Assembly (NCBI GenBank): GCA_039545335.1
Contig: BCIN01000001.1
Span: 1,919,129 to 1,983,128 of the forward strand
Length of the DNA: 64,000 nt
Direction: 5' to 3'
Origin: Kondoa subrosea
Lineage: Eukaryota
The notes under the pieces are model-generated. The model did no database searches. It was given only the letters and a program-made list of their open reading frames with translations, and had not been told where the DNA came from. A program made the translations under genes and the position numbers. Positions 13,101 to 27,000 of the stretch are shown here, in pieces; the first letter of the stretch is position 1, and each line of letters opens with the position of its first letter.

Positions 13101-16100
13101 GTCAACAGATTGGAGTCTCAACTGTAGGATAGCTTCTCCTTTGTTATATAATCGCTCTCTGACCCAAAATTTTACATTCAGGGATGATGCTCGTGGACGT
13201 CTGAACCAGGAGATGGAAGCTCATCGTCAAGCTGTACTTCGCCGAGAAGTCGAAAGCAAAGAGTTCCAAGAACGCATTGACAAGATCGTATGTTTCATTG
13301 CCTCCATGCTACTTATCATTGATGCTAAACCTGGACTCCAGACTTCCGACTTAGCTAAAGGGCATGAACAATTGAGCTTAGCTCGAAGCAGCGAAAGTCA
13401 TCTTCAGCAAAGAGTCGACGATCTGTCGACCGCTGTTGCTGCGAAAGAGGAAAAGCTCGCTGTCTACGAAGGTCGTAGCAGCTCAATTCGCGGCTCTGCG
13501 TCAGATTCGACTCTCAGTCGCGAACAGCAGCTGGAGATCGAGCTTGCCGAACTTCGGTGCGTTGCCTACACATGTATGTGTTTACAAGCTGAAGGCTTTT
13601 GTAGTGGTCAATTACGCGCAGCGCAAGTTGAAGCCAAGCAAGCTAGCCAGCATGCTCAACAATACAAGTCAATATCCATGGCTACGGAGGAAGCCTTGGC
13701 TGACCTCACTACCACCTATGATCAATACAAAGAATCAACTGAAGCGAGTCTGTCGAGCAAGGACGTGAGTCGAGACACTATCTGCTCCTTTGGCTTTTAC
13801 TAAAGGGCGCCCTTTCTTTGACAAAACAGACTGAGATAGCTACACTTCAAGAAAAGGTGCATTCCCTATCTAACGATATATCACAAGCGAACAGTGAAAA
13901 CTCCACTCTGCATCAAGACTTTGCTCGCCAAAAGAAAGAATTGGAAGACCAGATTCGCAGCATCGAGCAGTCGACCTCACATATTCATCAGTCCGAAAGT
14001 GAAGCACGATCTGCCGAAAGTGCCGCAAAGACAGATTTGCAAGCACAAGTTCGTTTGGCTACAGAAGCTCATGAGAAGTATGAACGAGAATTGGTAGCTC
14101 ATGCCGAAGATGTCAAGGCTTTGTCTCAGATCAAAGAAGATCTGTCCAAATTGCGCTCAGAAATGCAAGGTCACCGCCAAGCTGCTGAAACAGCTGAAGC
14201 AAACCTAACGGCATCGCGAACAAGCTGGACCAATCAGTCGGCCGCGCTAAATAAAGAGCTTGATGATCTCAGAAGCAGGTCAGTATCGCTACGGAGGTTT
14301 CAAGTCTCTTCTGACACTTTCCTTCTTCTCCTTTCAGGCATCAAGAGCTACGATCACAGAATGCGCTACTGCATCAACATCTCGAAACAGTGTCATCGCA
14401 AGCTGCCAAAATCCAGCAAACAGCTGCGAACGAGTCTTCGGTATCTGAAGACAGCTCAACGGACGACAAGCTATCGAAAGTGGTCCATTACCTGCGGGGT
14501 CAACAAGAAATTCTAGAATTGCAGCTACAGATCGAGAAGCAAGAGAAAGCACGCATGACTGCTAAACTAGAGAGCGCAGAACGTAATCTGGATGAAGCCA
14601 GGGCTCGATTAACAGAGGTACCGATCTATCCTACTCTTCCACTTCGTGTATCCCATAATGCGCGAGCAGGAACGCAACTCGGCAGGCGATTCTGTCGCTT
14701 CGCAAGCTCAGCACAATGAACTCTTGGCGAAGGTCAATCAGCTCAATGTTTTGAGGGAATCGAACGATACTTTGCGAGCAGAAAGTGAAAAGCACTCTCG
14801 TAAAGCTAGATCTCTTATGGAACACGTCCAATCGCTTGAAGATCAGCTAAGTCCGCTGCGAGAGCAAGTCGCGATCATGCAAGCCGAAATTCAGGCGCGA
14901 GACGCTCAAATCAAGCTGCTAGAACAAGACAACGCTCGATGGAAGGCTCGAAACGAGCAGGTCCTGGCGAAATACGAAAGGATCGATCCAGCAGATTTGC
15001 AGAACCTCAAGCAAGAAGTCCAGGAACTACAGTCTGCATTGGAAGGCCAGAAGAATGCCACAGCAGCAGCAGAATCCAGCTCAGATGCCTTGCAGGCAAG
15101 AATTAACGAGTTGAGTGCTGTTTCGGAAGAACGGGATTCTTTGCGAGAGCAGCTGTCGCAATTGCATGCATCCAGTCAGAGCAAAGCTATGGAGGTAAGC
15201 TATTTGATTGTGTTCCTAGAATTTGGCTTACAAATATCAGTCCGCCCAGCAAGCTGAAGAAGTTGCTAAGTGGACTCGAATCGCAGAAGACAATAACCGA
15301 CGCTTCAAGAGCATTCAGACGACTGCTAAAAATCAACGGACGGAAATCAATGCGCTGCAGAAACAATTCAACGATCAAGCGAAAGAGCTGGAAGCGGCGC
15401 AGAAAGCTCTTGAAACATCTAACAACAACAGCGGCCAGAACCTTGAGTCTCAGAAGGCCCTCGAAGAGGTAAATCGTGCAGCACGTCCCGGTTGCAAAAG
15501 CTTATTGTTCTTCACAGTCCCATGTCGCACAAACAGCCGAACTTGAAAAGCAGCTCGTGAGTCCATCACTTGAGCGTGTTTGCAAGCTGATCTTCGTTAT
15601 AGTCTGCTTTGCGATCAGCGTCAGCTGCTGCAGAGATCCAGCAAGCTCAATTGCAAGCAGCTCTCGACACCGCACGGAAGCAGGCCGAAGACGCTAAGCA
15701 ACTAGCGCAACAGGCCGCGAAAGAAGCCGAAGATGCTCAAACCCAGCTCACTACCTCTCTAGCGAACGCTTCCGCTCAAAAAGAGGAGACTGTTCGAGCA
15801 GAAGTGGAGAAGCGGCTTGCAGAGTCATCCATTCCGGCAGTCGCCGGTACAGAAGGCGAGACGGATGAAGCAAGACAGAAGCAAATCGCTGCTGCTCAAG
15901 ACAACATCAACAAGGAACGTTCTCGGGCCGTAGATGATGCTGTAAATCAAGCCAAGGCTGAACATGAACAAGCTTTGTCGACATTGCGCTCTCAGCTTGA
16001 GGAAGAAAGGACCTCTGCCTTGCAAGCGGTCAAGGAGGAGACTCTTGCGCTTCAATCAGCAGCTGTCCAGCAAGCGATTCAAGAGACCTCTGCTCAACTA

Positions 16101-16952
16101 CAAAAGCAACTGCAAGAGGCCGAAACTACTTACCAGTCTCAGCTCAAAGCCATCACAAACCAAGTGACTGATCTTACGGAGAAGCTTACAACCATACAAA
16201 CGCGTGAAGCGGAACTGCTAGCGAAACAAGCAGAACTCCAGAAGGCTGCCGATAGTGCATCTGCGCCTGTGCCAGAAGCATCGCCGTCTGTAGACATAGA
16301 CGCAATTGTTCAGCAAAAGTTGGCCGCAGACCGAGAAGAACAGCAAGCTCTGCACAAAAAAGTACTTGAAGACGAACGCAAAGCGCACGAAGCTGTCTTG
16401 CAAGAGAAAGTAGCGGCTGCCAGTAAAGAAGGCCAAAGCAAGATCAGCAACTACAAGACACAGCTTGACAAAGTTCGCTCAGAGAACTCCAAACTGAAAA
16501 ATCTGCTCGAAGCTAGCAAAAAGGAAGCATCCGCTACAGCATCAGCAAGCTCTTCTAATGGCGAGGGCAATGCGGCAAAACCTTCCGATATTCCTCCTGC
16601 ACCTACACCGAGCGCTTTCAATGTGAAAGGAAGAGCTTCTGATATTCCTCCTGCTCCGACTCCAGTTAAACCAGTCGTGAAAGCGAAAGCAGCAGAATCG
16701 CCAGATGCTGTTACAGTACCTCAGATCGGAAATCGTGGACGAGGGCAGTCGAACCGAGCGAGAAGAGGAGCTGCAGCCACGCGAGGCGGAGGTCCTGGAG
16801 GAAGGCAACTTTTACAAGTTGCAGCGGCGGCAGCAGCCAATGCGGCAGATTCAGCGACTGCAAGTCCCCCTCCTGGCACTCCTCCAACGAAACGTCAAAG
16901 GGAAGAAGGTGAAGTAAGCGAGACTGAGGGTAAAAGGCCGCGAGCAGGGTAA
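10109..16952 (+). CDS. MLP1: Nuclear basket coiled-coil nucleoporin Tpr/Mlp1
   Basis: Very long coiled-coil exons; SHTEVYADY, NLVTFRSVSELQAQNQKLLRITRDL, TPR/MLP1-type AHEKYERELVAHAED, YERIDPADL; RG-rich/basic C-terminus. Confidence 0.92.
16584..16663 (+). repeat. Short coding direct repeat (SDIPPAPTP twice) in the Tpr/Mlp1 tail
   Basis: tccgatattcctcctgcacctacacc and tctgatattcctcctgctccgactcc. Confidence 0.7.
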
Positions 16953-17199
16953 AGGTAAATTTTTGTTGTATGAAAATAGCATTGTATTATAGTACATTTG
17001 AAAGGGTTTATTCCTAGTTTGTGTTTTCTTGCTCGTCCCTATTTGATCCAAAATCCCAAACTACAACTAAACTCTGATTGAAACTGATGGACACAGCGAA
17101 TTCGTGAAAACATGATTGACGTGACCGTTAAAAGAGCGTGAGGGTATGAGTACGAGCATGATTGCGTAGAGCATGATTGAGAACGAAATGATGTAATGC

Positions 17200-20100
17200 T
17201 TATTTGAAGAGCTTGGATATGAAATGCTTGATACCGCTTTCTTTGCTTGAAGTGGAAAGAGAGCTTGGTGTTTTAGGACGAGCCATGAATCGAGAGCGAA
17301 GCGAGAATGCTGATTTGGTAGATGAGAAAGAAGGTCTTGCAGCGGCTTCGCTATCATATTGACGAGAAAGGTCGCACGAACGCCTGAGCACCTCGCGACT
17401 GTCGAAGCTTGGTTTACTTGAGGTGCTTGTGTTCATAAATTCGCGACACGTTGATACGGTACTGCGATTGAGTGGTGCAGTATGGAAGCGCAAAGTATTA
17501 TCTTCCACATATGGGGCTTGATGGACCAGTCTTGCAATTGGAGCTCTCCTTGCAGGTGTAGAAACTGTAGAGTTTGTCTAAAGCTTAGCAAGGAAAGCCA
17601 AGCCTCAAAGCAATGGGACTACTCACGAGAAGTTACGGAAGATTTGGAATTAGCAGGAGATTGTCCTTGGACAGGAGACTGATTTACTTTTCCGATATTT
17701 TCCTCTTTTGTAGAGCTAACTGGTGTGGGAGCGAACGAAAGTCGAATGCGCACTGTTGCAAAGTGTTAGCTTTTACAAGTTGATGCGGATTGAACAACAA
17801 ACTCTGCTGAGAACTGGGAGCGGTGAAAGATCTCGCTCTAGTGTTGACTACTTGTGTGCCGGTAAGCAGGGCAGGAGAAGCTTTGGATCTCAAAGAGCGA
17901 GCTGAAGCTGGGCGGAAAGGGGAAGGGGCGAAGGGCCGTTGCTCTTCACTTAAGCTCTTTCGAGCCTCTTTTACTATATTTTGGATTTTGTCTGTGAAAT
18001 CTTGAACTGGGTCGACAGGCGAAGCTGTAGTCCGGTCTGAAGTATATAAAGAAGAGGGACCTGTCCAACAATCTAAGCCCCGGCATTCACTTCAGATAGG
18101 GATAACTCACTGTTATCGGCACTGGACGACGCGATCGACTCGCCTTCGACCAAAGAGAAGCTAGAAGAAGGTCTCTTGCGGGTGATGGATCTCGATCGCG
18201 ATAAGGAAGAAGCCAGAGTATGTAAAGAAAGCGAAGAGCTCTTGGTAGATAGAGCTCGTCGAGGCTTATGTAAACGATTACTCTTGATGCTCTGACGACT
18301 TGCATTGGGCGATGCTACAACAGCGGTTGTGTCTTCACCCATCTGCTCAGACACAGCAATCCGAGGTGAATCTAGAAGGTAAATTAGCAGATTTTCGAGA
18401 TATACTGGCGAGAAGTTTACATTCTACATTCTTGACAGGAGAAGTAGCTCGAGCAGGACTATATTGACTTGTGTTCAGAAAATCTGCTTCCGGCCAAGAG
18501 TAAGCTCCGCTCTATGCAAATGCCTAAGCTTTACCTTTGACCTTGTCTTGTGCAACCCTCAAAGATGGCACAGGTGGAGCGTAAGGATCCTTGCAAGGAG
18601 ATAAAGGTCGAGATGAAGGTGATCTGATGCTGGAGCTGAGGTTTGATTTGGCTGGCGTGTTGTCATCGTTGTACTTCGCACGCCGGACAGAAGTAGGTAT
18701 ATGCACCTGAATTCTTGGTTGGATGTGAAGAGGTGTGCGAGGAGTAGAGGGAGCAGAAGTGATTACTAGTCACGGAGTCAAGCATCGACTAGAGCCAATG
18801 AAAGCGCTACTTACCCGAGTCTCGGTATATTTTAACCGGAGCAGGCTTGCGTTTTGGTGTTGAAGGTGAAGCTGTTACAGGTTTAAGATGTTTGGCAGCA
18901 CTTCGAGGTGTTTGAGCCAAGACACTGTTCGAGATTTCGCCTAAAGCAGATACAGATGACGGTCGGGCAGCAAGTGACAGCGTTGATTTGGCATCCAAGC
19001 TCAACGAAGTATGATTGGCTAACGTAGAACATGTGTCAGTAAGTGCAAGGACAGCTTGGGCTGTAGCTCACCTAGTTTCGGTCTTCGCACAGGTCTCTGG
19101 CCGAAGAAGTCATGTTCTTCAGCTCTTGCACAGCTTCTCATACGAATTTCGACATCAGCTTCAACCATTTGAGCAATCAGGTTTGCGAAGTCTGGAGAGA
19201 TATCGAATTTGCCATAGATCTGATTGGTGAGGGTTCGATTGTAGTAAACCTCCAGAGCTTCTTTTGTCAGGAACTCTTCACCGTCATGAGCCTCGAAAGC
19301 TGCACGATGCAATCAGCAAGCATTCGAAATTCCGAAATGAGAATGACTGACGTGTTCTGCCAACTACAATTTCGTAGAAAGTAACTCCCAAGCTCCAAAT
19401 ATCCGCCAATCGCTCATCGTGATCTTTTCCCTTTGCTCTTTCTGGCGAAAGGTATTCAGGTGCTGACAGCAACAATGAGTCGGCAGCCATTAAACAGTGA
19501 CGAGAACACTGACTACCCCAGCTGAGCTGACTCCTGAACGCAGGTCTTTTCGGGTCGGTCTCAAGTGAGTAAGATTGAGCAAAGCCAAAGTCACAAAGTC
19601 GAGGCGAATCGTCGTCACCAAGGAGTATGTTAGCGGGCTTAATGTCATTGTGAGCGACACCTGATACACTATCAGAGAAGATTCAGCAGCGAAAGAACAT
19701 TGTTTACCGTTTGTGTGCAGATAGCTGACAGCACTGAGCAGGGCTTTGAAGTAGACTCTTGCTTTACTTTCGGGGAGTTCAACTGGAATCAAGCGAGGAT
19801 GATAGTCCATGACCACAAGAGCATCTGTACACATAGACTCAGCTTCAATATAAAAAGCTTCGAACAGAACTTACAGCTGGGAGTGATGACGAAATCTTGG
19901 AAGTGTACAATATTGGGATGCGGCCTGCGCTTGAAGTCTCGCAAGACTTTGAACTCGGTCCACAAGCTTCGAACGCGAGCAGCTGTGGTGCTGGTTTTGC
20001 TTCTGTGCACGAGTTTGATGGCTAGAATTTCGTTGTCGTCGCGATTCTGAACCCTCCACACGCTGCCCCAATTGCCTATGGCTCTTGCTCAGAGAATGTG

Positions 20101-20386
20101 TGAGAACAAGCAAAACAATGACCAACCTGCACCAATTTCCTCGATGAATTGATATTTGCCAGCCAAGTCAATATCAGTCCAACCTGTGCTTCATATGGGC
20201 TACATTGAATTACATCACAGCTCAAGACTCACTGAAGATATCTTTCTTGTCTTCTGCTGGCTTGTTTGCCAAAGCATTGATTGAAGGTGAAGGAAGAGCC
20301 GAGGAGCAGCTTTTTGAGAGGTTATTATCTGCCCAAGCGGATGTAGGCGCTGTAAGGTGTGCAGAATGGACAACGGTAGCTGTCAT
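17200..20386 (-). CDS. Ser/Thr protein kinase with long Ser-rich C-terminal tail
   Basis: GNWGSVW, AIKLVH, HPNIV, HNDIKPANILL, DFG, WG.PEYLSPE, DIWSLGVTFYE in successive exons. Confidence 0.92.
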
Positions 20387-20842
20387 AGTCGACTAGAAAA
20401 GCGAGCAGAAGAAGTAAACAACGCTAAGTGTCGAGCTGAAGAGCGAACAAGAGTTGAAGGAAGAAAGTGAAGAGGCAACAGACTGATGAAGAAGCAGGCC
20501 AAGCAGAAGTACTGCCTGCAGCAGTGCGCGGGAACAAGAAAAAAACAAGAGAGCGTGTCGAGTTCTTTTCGATTCAGATGAAGTGGGAAGTTCAGCTCTG
20601 GGAGGGTTTCTGCAATGACTTCCATCGCTTTCGCCTTCTTCCTGAGCGGTACGATGAGAGGGGAAGGTGTCTATTGCATGAGAACATAGGGCCCGCATCG
20701 TTGTGTGCGGTTTTGAAGTGGAAATAACATGTCGACTGACAGGCTGGGGCTACTAATATAGTGTCAATGGTACTGGCTTCTGCTGAGACGCGCAGATGCA
20801 TCTTATATCCTACAGTAACTATTTTACATCGTTAGATCTACG

Positions 20843-23476
20843 CTACGCCTTCAGCGCTTCAGCAGCCCGCAACATCGCTTGTCGCAAGTTTGATAATTGC
20901 TCATTCGCCAGCTTCGCATCCTTGTCCAGCGTGATAGCTTCTGTTAAACCTGGCAGACTTACAGCTCCGTAGCCGAGCCACTAAAGAGGTGATATTAGTC
21001 CGATTTCAGAAATCAGATCAAAACTAACTCTACCGCTATACGTTCCAATTCGTAAGCATTATCATTCAACGCATTGACAGGAAGACTTACGGAGCGATAC
21101 CAAGATGTCTATACCAAGGTCTATTCGGTAATCCCTTCTCGGAAAGAAAAGCCATCTCGAACGCTTTCAGTCGGACATTGAGCAGTTTGGCTTTACGTTC
21201 TGCCTTGTTCTTCGCTGAGCGATGTCGTTTGGAGTGATTCAACGTATATTGAGCTTGCAGACCAAGTCTTTCTGCTTCAATGGCATTGGCGGCTGATATG
21301 ACCTCATTAACCGCTTCTCGCAACGAAGTGATGTTCAGATCATGGAAAGAGCCATGGATAGGTGTTACTGTTTTGGCCAAATGAGAGATCTTGTTGACTC
21401 CATTGTCCAATTCCCGAGCATAATCGACGAGATTGAGAGGCAGAACAAGGTTATGGGCTGCCTCCAGTACTGCTAGACCCATCACTTGTGCGATAGCAAC
21501 TTTGCGCTTGCCCGAAGGATCTCCATACTTTTCCATCCATTCTTGACTGTCGTACATCTGTTGATCTTATAAGCTTTCCAACACCAATACAATGTTTTAA
21601 CCTGAATCACTGACCGAATGATAGTGATAGACTTTACACACATTCCGTTAGCTCAATATCCTAAAGAAAGGATTTATCTTACCTGGATCTTTACTGCTAA
21701 AGGTGAACCCAACATCAACTGAAGCTATCCCAAGTCTTTGTAAGAAGACCGTATAATCGGATCCAGAACCTAATTGAGGTAGATGATCGTATTTTGCCAG
21801 ATAGTCAGCAAGCGTAGTATTAGCTTCATCAGGCGCAGCGACTTTAGCTGTTACTCTTTTGAATAGAGAAGCGAGAGAAGGTGAGGCTGCGAATTTGAAG
21901 ATGCTGCCTGCTACAGCAACGTCCACGTTCAGATACAGTGCGACCCTTTTCTGTATCATCTTCGAAAAGTCTTCACCAAATTCAGTGCTTCCGATCTGTT
22001 TGAGATTCTTCAGTTTTAGGCGCACAAATAGGCACAGCGAGCGAATGACTCACAAGTCCATACTCCTCGGCATCCCAAGAAGCGAACACAATCGTTCTTC
22101 GAGGCCTCCAACCCTTCTTTAGCAAAGCACCAACACCCTGCACAACCTGAGTCATAGCAGCTGTCCCGCTGATCGGATCACTAGCTCCTTTATCCCAAGC
22201 ATCCCGATGATTACCAACAAAGATGATCTCCTCTTCCGCTTCTCGACCAGGAATGACAGCATACATATTATAAATGGGTTTGATGCTTTCGTGAACTTGA
22301 TTATTCATTTCTACTTGAACTTCGGAAGGACCGGTATAGTATTCAACGCCTGAATTCGTCAATCCTCCATTCCATTCCGGTATTTGCTGACCAAGACCGT
22401 TCAAACTCTTTAACAAGGGTAAAGCATCTTCATAGCTGATTGGTAAAGAAGGGATTCTAGGTATGCTGAGATTCGGATCTTTCGTATCTAGACGAGTAGC
22501 ATTCTTGTAAGAAGGCAAACCGGGAGTAGTTGGATCACCAGGATAGAGAGATAGGAATTGGACTGAACCTCTTTGCACTGATGTGGGCTGACGAGCTGGT
22601 CCATTCGGATATGCTTCATAGCCATTCTCAATAGTGATCTCTCCATCGTCTCCAGGGTCAGAATAGATCAAGACGCCTGTACATTCAATCAGATCTATTT
22701 GCGGCATGGCTTGGAGACCCACCAATTGCCCCTGCGTTTTCTGCTTGACTAACTTTCAAGCCTCTAAAGATATGACCGTACTTGACTATCAAGATCTTTC
22801 CTTTCAAGTTTACACCTTCTTTCGCCAATCTTTCGAAATCTTCTCTAGTTCCATAATTTCCAAAGACCAATTCTCCTTTCGCTCTTCCACCTTTTGAGAA
22901 ACCGTGGAATGAAGGTACATCACTTTCTTCATGACCAGGGAAATTCCGTTCTTTTAATCCAGCTTGAAAGATCATACTCCCGTTTGAATCGAGCATCGAG
23001 AGAGAAGAATTACCCAACGGATGGTTTACGAGAGTGTAGTAAGTATCTAAATGAATTCTAGCTTTTCGTCCAACGTTCAAATCAAAGGCAGATTGAGATT
23101 CGATGGAACCAGATTCAAAGATCTCATCGCTCTTCTTCACATTCAACGCTTCCTCCCACTGTCTTCGCAAGATTTCGACTGATCTCAGACCTGCAGCCGT
23201 ACCCGCTATATGTGTTGACGAAGTAAGTGATCGAGAGATTTCACGAGCCGAAGTAGGATTAGGTCCATGTTTTAGGAAATAGTTCTCGATTTCAGTCTGA
23301 GTAGAGAAATGTTTGCGATGCTTGTATATTACTACTGGAGGTGCACATAAAGTCAAGCAGAGCAGAAGAAGCCATAATCGAAAAGTAATCAGTCGTATTA
23401 AAGGACTCCTTGATCGGCGCTCTACTGTACGAGGAGGGGTATCGATCAAAGGCGTCTTCTCGCTATATACAGTCAT
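20843..23476 (-). CDS. M28B glutamate carboxypeptidase II / transferrin-receptor-like peptidase (PA + TFR dimer domains), type II membrane
   Basis: N-terminal TM segment, PA domain (NYGTREDF, YGHIFRGLKV), GNHRDAW, GASDPISG, SWDAEEYGL, YLNVD, LGSGSDY, YHYHS, GLPNRPWYRH. Confidence 0.93.
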
Positions 23477-23619
23477 AACACAGGTATATTTACAGTAGCA
23501 CTTGGCTGCTTGTGGAGCAATAATGCACTTTTGTCTGCGAACTGGCTCGGTCCTCTTCAATTTAGGACTCTACAAGGGACATTCGTTGATCTCAAACGAC
23601 GACGGAGCAACGCAATGAA

Positions 23620-23840
23620 TATACAGTACCTTTGGTTCGCGTCTATGTTCGATCCCTATCCAACAAAACCCTCCCTTCACAAACCCCGAGACGCGCCTCA
23701 CGATGCCAAGCAAGCTCGATCCAGCGTCCAACAGCGACCAATGAATGATCCGTTCGGAGGTCACCCCAATGTAATGCACATCATATACCCCGACCAACCA
23801 GTCCAAGGACCAGAAGTTCGCAAGTGCCAATACGGGGCAA
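23620..23840 (-). ncRNA. Candidate omegaRNA (guide scaffold) of the Fanzor-like gene; boundaries approximate
   Basis: G/U-rich non-coding stretch 210-430 nt 3' of the Fanzor stop, same strand, with about six consecutive small stem-loops. The position fits Fanzor/TnpB omegaRNAs. Inference only. Confidence 0.45.
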
Positions 23841-24052
23841 CAAAAGAGACGTAAATGCTCAAGAGGTTCGAAAGAAATTGAGTTGTTGAAAAGGATGCCA
23901 TAGTATAAGCGAAGTCACAGCAATGTCGAGAGAAAGTTGAAAGAAAGAAAGCTGACATGAGCAATAATCAAATTGATACATCTGGTCAAGAGGAAGTTGA
24001 CTCACATAACGATACTTTGCCCGAGATGAACAACATACTGCAGAACAGCTTT

Positions 24053-27000
24053 TCATGCAGTTGAACGTTTGTGGAGATGATTGTTATAGTAGGGGTTGGC
24101 GAGAGTGCCTGCAATGCGATTGACCCAAGGTCCGGAGTTTCGTGCAGTTTGTTCAGCTTGACGAATGCGATTCACTGCAGCAGGATGCATGTTGTATATC
24201 GGTCGTTGACCATTCGCACGAATAGTTGCTTTACCAATATCTCCCACAGTACTGGAAGCACCACCATCTCTGGAGATTATGATTACCAAGTCAGCACGAT
24301 CCGTAGATTGAGCGGGAGGAACATGGCGATTGAAGTTGTTAGGTGCAGGAGGCGGAGGAGGAGGATGATCAGGAGCCATCATGCGCAGGTTCTTGTCAGG
24401 CAGTACTGTTTCCGGAGGAGCATTGCAAATAGTACAGCCAACTAATCGACTTGCTTCTCTCCAAACTCGGTGCTTGTGCTTCGTAGTGAGCCGCAAAGTT
24501 CCATCAGGCATCTTGCAATGTCTTCGCTTCTTGTGACTACCTGATCCTTGTGGTCGAGCATAAACAATCCTATAGTATAGTTTCAGCACATATCGCAGGG
24601 ATACAGTCAAGTAAAGCTTACTCATGACCATCAGGGCAAGCCCATACCCGACTAGCTATCTTGACACCCTTGTGAGGCGTCATTCCAGAAAGCCTTTCAG
24701 CAGGATCGGCACCAGCCAAAGGCGGAGGCAAAGCAACATCAATGGGAGCAGAAGAATGTGAGCAGAGCGCAGTAGTATTGTACGGGTGGACCAGAACCAC
24801 TCCATTGCCGCCATGAACTGCTGAAGATCTTGCCATTTCCTGTCATCTGTCATTAACAAAAATCTTGCCAAAATACTTTAGATTGCTTACCTTCTGAGCA
24901 GTGGCGCGTCTGCCTCGTGCTGCTTTTCCGTAACCCATCTCCCAAAACACAAGAGCAGGTACTCTCTTCTGCCTTGGCTCCTTCTCAACTGTCGGAATGC
25001 CTTTATATAAACTCTTTCGGCGCTTTCCTCGTACTCGCTTCTTTCGCCGTTTCCTATTTTCTCTAAAAACTATCTTCTGACCTTCTTCGAGGAAGTAGTC
25101 ACGAGACAAGTTGAAAGAGATAAAATCGTCTGCTTTCCGCTTTGCATGAGCATCCGCAGCCTGACGATCGAAATGTCTTGAAGAAGCTTTACAAATTCGA
25201 TTAACGAAGCGAGACATCGGGCCGTAGTGATCGCAGTGGATAGAGAAGTATTGAGAAAAAGCTTGAAGACCGCCAACAACGATGCTTTTGGATGTTTCTT
25301 CCAATTGTTTCATGCGCTCATCGTAACTTGGCGGTCCAGTCAGATCTCTGCTCTTGTATGCTTGAGCATTTCTTCTTCTCTTCAGCGCGACGATACGCTC
25401 ATCACGAGCTGTGAGGGTTTGCTCGGCAATCCATTTTCCTGAGATAGACCGCCTATGAGATTTGTATTCTTTCGAAGCTTCTTTAGTAGCTTCATCAAGT
25501 TCTTGTTGTTCTTCAGGTGTCAGATTAGGATTCGTATCAACAACAAACTTCACATGCTGCAATTTCAGTCCCAAGACCTCTCTACTTGTTCTTGCATTTT
25601 GGTCGACGGATTGTGTAAGATAGGTCTGACCAGGATCCACTTGGATCACCTTGCTCTGACCTGGCCCTGGATTATCGAGGAAGCGATCGGCAGGAAGAAG
25701 CGGATTGTTATTCAAAGTTGTTAGAAATCCAGTGTTGTCGGTGTCTGGAAATACTTGATCTACCAAAGGCATCTGCTGATGCTTGTTTGCATTGAGATGA
25801 AGCTCATCGTAGTCCGCTACGCGATTTGCTAAAGCCAAGTGAGGTTTCCTAGCTAATTGTTCCGCTGTTGCCTCCCATTCAAAGCAGAATTGCAGTTCTT
25901 TCTCTCCGTCGCTTTTGAAGTACAATTTCGTCAGAGGAAGGTCTTCTTTGCACTTTCGATAGAAGAACCGAGATCCGGTAGCGTTGCCTTTCAGATGCGG
26001 GGTGTTGGGAAAGGCGTCACGAAAGTTGCCATTCGGATGCAAACGTGTAAAGAAATGAGCCATAGTGCTGATTTGAGTTTCCACATCTTCGGATCTTCCA
26101 GGTTTGCGGCGCCTTCCGGTCTGAGAAGCAAAGTTCAGCTTACATCTTCATTCGAATTAAGATCACTTACACTATCAACAATCAACAGTCTTTCTGGAGT
26201 GATTGCTGGCAAGGAATAGTATTTCTTCTGAACAGCCGGGATAATCACACGGACGAGCAGTTCATGATTTATGGCAATAATTTCAGTCTTCAGCTTTGTT
26301 TTTCTAGGACAGATTTCGATGGGAGAGAAAGAGGGGGGAAGCTCATCGTCTTCGTTGTATGAAAGGGAGGTATATCGAGCGGATAAGTAAACCATGATCG
26401 TTGCTGCAGATTCATATAAAGTCTCGTTGTCGCCAATGACTGATGACCAATCAGCCCCAACTCGAGTGATCTCAAAGCGAGCTGTTGAAGTTGAATCTGG
26501 TACGGGATTAGGCGCATCGGGAATAATTTTCCGCTTGCGACCTGAAAGATCTTCTCGCTCAGGATCAAGAGACCAGACTAGAAGAGACCAGATGTTCATC
26601 AAAGAATTGACTATGACTTGGCGATCAGCTTGGTTGTAATCAAAGAGAGGTTGATTGTTGTTGTTGAAAAACAAAGTATGATTAGGACCCCAATTGTATT
26701 CAGGGAGCGGATTTTGAGCGTGTCGGTTAGCCACATAGAGAGGTTGAAAGAAAATTTGAGATAGCGTAGAGAAGGCCGTACTTTCTTCAGCTGAGATAGG
26801 TAAATTGGACAATTCGCATTCGATGACTTTCTTAAGAGCCGAATCAAAGTTGTGCTTATAGTAGCCTTTGAGTTCGCCCATAAGAAATGGAGCTTGGCTT
26901 TTCTTCAAATAATAGAATTGCTGTGATCGAGAGGGATTTCTCAGCTCGCGAAGGTTGATTTTGCTAGGATCGGTATGAGCTGGAGCAGTTGCTGGAAAGG

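Noticed and set aside
23510..24056. Short ORFs on both strands downstream of the Fanzor stop
   Set aside because: No motifs and mostly non-ATG starts; better explained as 3'UTR or structured RNA.
26121..26143. Alternative 23-nt intron GTAAGC...CAG in the Fanzor gene
   Set aside because: Too short for this genome; the GTAAGT donor at 26170 gives a typical 50-nt in-frame intron.
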